From: Sumerlaeia bacterium
Lineage (GTDB): Bacteria; Sumerlaeota; Sumerlaeia; SLMS01; JAHLLQ01
NCBI GenBank assembly: GCA_040219255.1
Contig: JAVJSW010000049.1
Coordinates: 32,001-96,000, forward strand
DNA: 64,000 nucleotides
Direction of reading: 5' to 3'
Each line of letters begins with the position of its first letter. The first letter of the stretch is position 1. The position numbers were made by a program, and so were the translations under genes. Positions 59,486 to 64,000 of the stretch are shown here, piece by piece. The notes under the pieces were generated by a model. That model was not told the DNA's origin and searched no databases. It was given only the letters and a program-made list of their open reading frames with translations.

Positions 59486-59557
59486 CACTTATCAGACAAG
59501 ATTCACCTGTCAGACAAAACGCACCTATCAGACAAGACAGACCTGTCAGACAAGTGG
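59486..59557. repeat. Four 18-bp tandem repeats with core CAC(C/T)T(A/G)TCAGACAA
   Basis: TCAGACAA at 59492, 59510, 59528 and 59546; partial AGACAA at 59476. Confidence 0.85.
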
Positions 59558-59835
59558 GCGAAAAGATCCGGTGCGGAGGAAAGCCCCCACGGCTGGACGG
59601 GGAGGCGGGCGGTGAAGAGGCCCGATTGTCCAGGTTTCCGAAAAGAAGCCTGGACACTGGGAAAGACGGCGCGGCGTTGGAAGGCAATAACTGGACACCA
59701 TGCCGGGAATTGTGAGCGGGAGGGAGTTGGCAAGAAGTCTGCTACTCAGAGACGTGACGCGCCTTTTTGGCGCTTGGAATCACAGAACCCCCGAATTATC
59801 AACACTTTGCGAAGAGGCACAGGAGAGGTGGAGAG

Positions 59836-60159
59836 ATGATTGAGATCACTCCGAAAGCAGCGGATGAAGTGAAACGGCTTCTGAAGACGGAAGGCAAAGA
59901 GGACTGGGCGCTGCGGGTCGGCGTCGTGGGCGGTGGCTGTTCCGGGCTGAACTACACGCTGGCCTTCGACAAGGATCCGGGCAAGGCGGACACGGTTTTC
60001 GTGATCGATGGCATCCGGGTTCTGGTCGATCCAAAGGCCTACCTGTTTCTGAACGGCATGACCGTGGACTATTCCTCGGACCTTCTGAACGGCGGGTTCC
60101 GCTTCGTGAACCCGAACGCCAAGCGCACGTGCTCCTGCGGGACGTCGTTCGCGGTCTAA
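59836..60159 (+). CDS. iscA: Iron-sulfur cluster A-type carrier (IscA/ErpA/HesB family)
   Basis: GGGCSGLNY; F.FVNPNAKRTCSCGTSF; GGAG RBS. Confidence 0.92.
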   Translation: MIEITPKAADEVKRLLKTEGKEDWALRVGVVGGGCSGLNYTLAFDKDPGKADTVFVIDGIRVLVDPKAYLFLNGMTVDYSSDLLNGGFRFVNPNAKRTCSCGTSFAV

Positions 60160-60187
60160 CGCACCGAAGCCAAACGAGAAGACCGGA

Positions 60188-60219
60188 AGCCGCTTGCTGA
60201 GAGCGGCTGTTTGGTTTTT
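60188..60219 (+). terminator. Rho-independent terminator after iscA
   Basis: AGCCGCT-N7-AGCGGCT followed by GTTTGGTTTTT. Confidence 0.55.
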
Positions 60220-60288
60220 AAGCCGATGGGTGAAAGAGAGACAGGGGTGGAAGCCGAGGCGCGGGCCCTGGGATGAAGGCCCCGGCGC

Positions 60289-61530
60289 CTACACCGGCAC
60301 GCCGTCGTCCGGGCCGGGCACACGGCCGCTGCGCTCCAGCGCCGTGACGTGCAGGTTGTTGCGGTGGATCGCTTCGTCGTACTCGGGGCGTTTGCCGAGC
60401 GCTTCGGGAAGATCGTGGACGCGGCAGCCCTTGATGCGGTCGAGGATTTCGCGCGAGTAATTGGTGACGCCGCGGGCGATTTCTTCCCCGCCGGGGCCCA
60501 GGACGGTGACGACATCGCCGCGGGTGAAGCGGCCCTCGACGGCGGTGATGCCGACGGGCAGGAGGCTGCGGCCGCCTTCGACGAGGGCGGCGCGGGCGCC
60601 ATCGTCCACGACGATGCGGCCTTTGGGGCGGCGCTGGGCAATCCAGTGGGTGCGGGCGCGGCCACGGGCGCGCAGGGCGCGGCTGCCACTGGGCAGGAAA
60701 TGGGTGCCCCGGAACTCGCCAGCGAAGATATCCCCTAGAATCGTGTCGCAACGCCCATTGGCCACGACAGCGTGCAGCCCAAAGCGGTTGGCGTGGCGGG
60801 CCGCTTCGACCTTGCTGGCCATGCCGCCGCGGCCGACACCGCTGATGGAGCCACCGGCGACGGCGAGCAATTCGGGCGTGATGCGGTCGACCTGCTCGAT
60901 CAGTTGGGCCTGTGGGTCATTCTGCGGATTGGCGGTGTAGAGCCCGTCGAGGTCCGTCAGGATGACCAGCATCTCAGCGTTGGTCTTCGCGGCAATGATG
61001 GCGGAGAGCATGTCGTTGTCGCCAAAGGTCAGTTCCTCGGTGGCGACCGTGTCGTTCTCGTTGATGATGGGAACGACGCCCTGGGTGGCGAGGAGGGCTT
61101 CGAGGGTGTGGCCGGCGTTGAGGTAGCGACGGCGGTCTTCCAGGTCCTCGCGCGTGAGAAGGATTTGGGCGGTGGCGAGCCCGTGGGGGTGGAAAGCGGC
61201 TTCCCAGGTGGCCATGAGGCGGCTCTGGCCAACGGCGGCGAGGGCCTGGAGTTGGGGCAGATGGGTGGGCCGGGCGGCCATCCCCAGGGCCCCTAAACCG
61301 GCGGCGACGGCGCCCGAAGACACGAGCAGGACCTGGCTGCCTCGGGTGGTGACTTCGGCAATCTGCGCGGCGATGGACTGGAGCCGCGCGCGGTTGAGTC
61401 CGGGCCCGGGATGGCTCAGGACGTTGCTTCCGACCTTGACGACGACGCGCAGCGGAGGGCGGCCCTGATCGAAGGGGAAACGGGTGCGGACGGTGGTGGC
61501 AAAGGGGGGTGGGGACGCGCTCTCGGTCAT
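60289..61530 (-). CDS. proB: Glutamate 5-kinase with PUA domain
   Basis: VVKVGS; VSSGAV; INENDTV...FGDNDMLSA; GGMASK; SLLPVGI. Confidence 0.96.
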   Translation of the reverse strand: MTESASPPPFATTVRTRFPFDQGRPPLRVVVKVGSNVLSHPGPGLNRARLQSIAAQIAEVTTRGSQVLLVSSGAVAAGLGALGMAARPTHLPQLQALAAVGQSRLMATWEAAFHPHGLATAQILLTREDLEDRRRYLNAGHTLEALLATQGVVPIINENDTVATEELTFGDNDMLSAIIAAKTNAEMLVILTDLDGLYTANPQNDPQAQLIEQVDRITPELLAVAGGSISGVGRGGMASKVEAARHANRFGLHAVVANGRCDTILGDIFAGEFRGTHFLPSGSRALRARGRARTHWIAQRRPKGRIVVDDGARAALVEGGRSLLPVGITAVEGRFTRGDVVTVLGPGGEEIARGVTNYSREILDRIKGCRVHDLPEALGKRPEYDEAIHRNNLHVTALERSGRVPGPDDGVPV

Positions 61531-61826
61531 AGGTGCAAAAAGGGCCGAGACGGCCGGAAAGGCAAGGGAAACAGAGAGGACGAGCGCTTGGCGGTTTTTT
61601 TTCGCCTGGGGTCTGGAGTGGCCAAAAACGAGCGGTAAGCTCTTGAATGATTCCTTAAATTTCCAGGTGATCCCGCCGGGATCGGTGTAGATTGCGTTTT
61701 TTGTACCGCTGGACTTGGTGATGTGAGTCTTTTCGACTTGCCGGTTCGTCCGTGAGTCCCTACATTTTCCTGTTCATTTTGAGAGAGTCGCCTCTCCAGA
61801 AGACCTGCTGCCAGGAAGGTTCCGAT

Positions 61827-64000
61827 ATGACATTGGGCAAACATCGAAACTCGGATTCCCACGCGCCAGGCGGGCCCGCATGGGCTGGGCTCTTGTTGAC
61901 AGGTGCGCTGTTGATGGCGGCGGGAAGCGCCTGGGCGGCTCCACCGGCGAATTACTACGACACCGCCGACACCACTAACGGCACAACGCTGCGGTCGTCC
62001 CTGCACAATATCATCGATGGGCACACCGTCTATAGCTACACGGCGGCCTACGATATTATCGCCGACGCGAACGAAGATCCGAACAATTCGAACAACACCA
62101 TTTTATTTTATACTGGCCGCTCGACACCGAAAACCAACCAGGGCGGCAACGACAGCGACCCAGCCACCGGCGGCTACAACCGCGAGCACATCTGGCCCCA
62201 GAGCGCCTTCAACGAAAACAGCCCGATGAAGTCCGACATGCACGCGCTGTTGCCCGCCGACGCGGACGCCAATGGCCGCCGCAGCAACTATCCCTTCCAC
62301 ACGGTGACGACCTCGACCTACGAGTTCTTCGGCAACAAGGTCGACACGGACAACTTCGCCGCGGGCAACATCTTCGAACCCCGCGACGCCGTGAAGGGCG
62401 ATGTGGCCCGCGCGCTGTTCTACATGGACGTGCGGTACGAGGGCGACAGCGGCGAGCCGAACCTGGCGCTGAGCAGCAGCGGCTATCCCACCGGCACCGG
62501 CAGCGCCCTGATGGGGTACCTGGACGAACTGCTGGCCTGGCATGCGGCGGATCCCGTCGATCAGTTCGAAATCGACCGCCACGAGTACATCTACGGTTTC
62601 CAGAACAACCGCAACCCGTTCATCGATCATCCGGAATGGGTGGATTGCGTTTACAACAACAATTGCAGCAACGACACGACCCCGCCCGATCCGCCCATGG
62701 GGCTGGCGGCGAATGGGGGCGATGGGTCGGTGTCGCTGACGTGGAATGCCAACAGCGAGGGCGACCTCGACGGCTACAACGTCTATCGCTCGACGACGAT
62801 GGGCGGGCCCTATTCGCAGATCAACGGCGCCTTGGTTCCAGCGCCTTCCTACGTGGACAACACGGTCACCAACGGCGTGACGTATTACTATGTGGTGACG
62901 GCGGTCGATACGGCGAACAACGAGTCGAACGACAGCACGCCCGCCTCGGCGACGCCGGAAACCGGGCCGGGCCTGATCGTGGCGGGGCCGATGGCGGAAC
63001 CGGCGACGATTTCGTCGCTGCGGACGACGGCCTTCGACGCGCCCTGGAATTTCGATGTAACCATCATCGACGATCAGGCCAACCCCGGCGCCGACAGCGA
63101 TCCGACGCTGATTTCGCAGATTGTCTTCACCCCCGGCACGGGCAACGACTTCGCGAATTGGACGAGCGTTCTGGCGGGGGCGCGGCTGACCGATGGCACC
63201 CACTCGGTTAATGGCACGGTCGGCGCGGCGGGGCTCACCTTCGCGCTGACGAACGGGCTCAACGAAATCGGCCACATCGCGGACAACGGTACGAAGACCT
63301 ATCAGTTGAAGGTCTGGCTGAAGGAAAGCGCCACCGGCGTGGACAACGGCAACCTGGTGTTCGCCCTGGCGAGTTCGGGCATCGCGACGGAAGCGGCCGG
63401 TTCCTCGACCGTTGGCAGCAGCTCGGCGGACAGCGGCTCGACGAACAACGCGATCGAGGTGGTGGCGACGGAGCTGCGCTTCGCCAGTCAACCGCCGGAC
63501 ACGATCGTCGCCACGGATTTCGCCGCCTCGGTCCACGCCACCGACAAGTACGGTCGCCGCGATACGGACGCTTCGGGAAACGTAACGCTGTCGCTGGACA
63601 CGGTGAACGCGGGGATTCTCTCGGCGGCAGGCGGTCTGACAAAGGCCCTCGCAGCGGGCCTGGCGAGCTGGAGCGACCTGGAAATCGACACCGGCGAAGC
63701 CGGCGTGGGACTGCTGGCGAACGCTACGGGCTTTGCGGAGAAGCGCAGCGAGAGCTTTGACGTGCTGCCCTCGGGCGGCGGCTCCGGCACCCCGGTTTTC
63801 GTGAACGAGATTCACTATGACAACGATGGCGGCGACACTGGCGAGTTCATCGAAGTCGCCGGCCCGGCGGGAACCGATCTGAGCGGCTGGACCATCGTGC
63901 TCTACAATGGCTCGAGCAGCCTGAGGAGCCCTTACTCGCCCACCATGAATCTGTCGGGTACGATCCCGGACTCGACCGGCAACGGTTTCGGCTTCCTGAG
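61827..64000 (+). CDS. Secreted endonuclease I family nuclease with FN3 and lamin-tail domains (3' partial; absent from the ORF track)
   Basis: Manual translation from ATG 61827: signal peptide ...SAWA|APPANYY; YNREHIWPQS; KGDVARALFYMDVRY; QNNRNPFIDHPEW; FN3 SLTWNANSEGDLDGYNVYRS; LTD VNEIHYDN..EFIEV. Confidence 0.88.
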   Translation, partial: MTLGKHRNSDSHAPGGPAWAGLLLTGALLMAAGSAWAAPPANYYDTADTTNGTTLRSSLHNIIDGHTVYSYTAAYDIIADANEDPNNSNNTILFYTGRSTPKTNQGGNDSDPATGGYNREHIWPQSAFNENSPMKSDMHALLPADADANGRRSNYPFHTVTTSTYEFFGNKVDTDNFAAGNIFEPRDAVKGDVARALFYMDVRYEGDSGEPNLALSSSGYPTGTGSALMGYLDELLAWHAADPVDQFEIDRHEYIYGFQNNRNPFIDHPEWVDCVYNNNCSNDTTPPDPPMGLAANGGDGSVSLTWNANSEGDLDGYNVYRSTTMGGPYSQINGALVPAPSYVDNTVTNGVTYYYVVTAVDTANNESNDSTPASATPETGPGLIVAGPMAEPATISSLRTTAFDAPWNFDVTIIDDQANPGADSDPTLISQIVFTPGTGNDFANWTSVLAGARLTDGTHSVNGTVGAAGLTFALTNGLNEIGHIADNGTKTYQLKVWLKESATGVDNGNLVFALASSGIATEAAGSSTVGSSSADSGSTNNAIEVVATELRFASQPPDTIVATDFAASVHATDKYGRRDTDASGNVTLSLDTVNAGILSAAGGLTKALAAGLASWSDLEIDTGEAGVGLLANATGFAEKRSESFDVLPSGGGSGTPVFVNEIHYDNDGGDTGEFIEVAGPAGTDLSGWTIVLYNGSSSLRSPYSPTMNLSGTIPDSTGNGFGFL

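Noticed and set aside
59476-59557. Possible CRISPR array
   Set aside because: Units are contiguous 18-mers without unique spacers, and there are no cas genes

Overview
High-GC Gram-negative bacterial chromosome segment; the lineage cannot be fixed from the sequence, but the style of the secreted proteins suggests Candidatus Sumerlaeota/BRC1 or a PVC-like phylum (inference). Left to right: the end of a probable integrated element (membrane/coiled-coil gene, HTH-RHH gene, five TGATACAC arm-type repeats) at the 3' end of tRNA-Gly(CCC); a Cus-like Cu/Ag RND efflux operon; a glycosylation operon in which a YfhO-type membrane protein is fused to a lasso-peptide B2-like protease and followed by an HPr-kinase-like gene; GTAG-type REP pairs; an accessory region (22-31 kb) with two lower-GC cassettes encoding Cys-rich secreted proteins; purN; a secretin preceded by two stand-alone secretin N-domain paralogs; an FG-GAP/ASPIC protein; housekeeping genes (ABC-F, PilT/U, aminopeptidase P, MFS, MgtC, hisI, iscA, proB); an apparently intact orphan phage terminase with an upstream 18-bp tandem repeat; and a secreted endonuclease I that runs off the right edge. 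The best candidates for undescribed biology are the secretin with N-domain-only partners, a short Trp-containing C-terminal tail shared by unrelated secreted proteins, the orphan terminase, the Cys-rich cassettes and the YfhO-B2 fusion. All calls come from reading motifs by eye; no database searches were run and several start codons are estimates.
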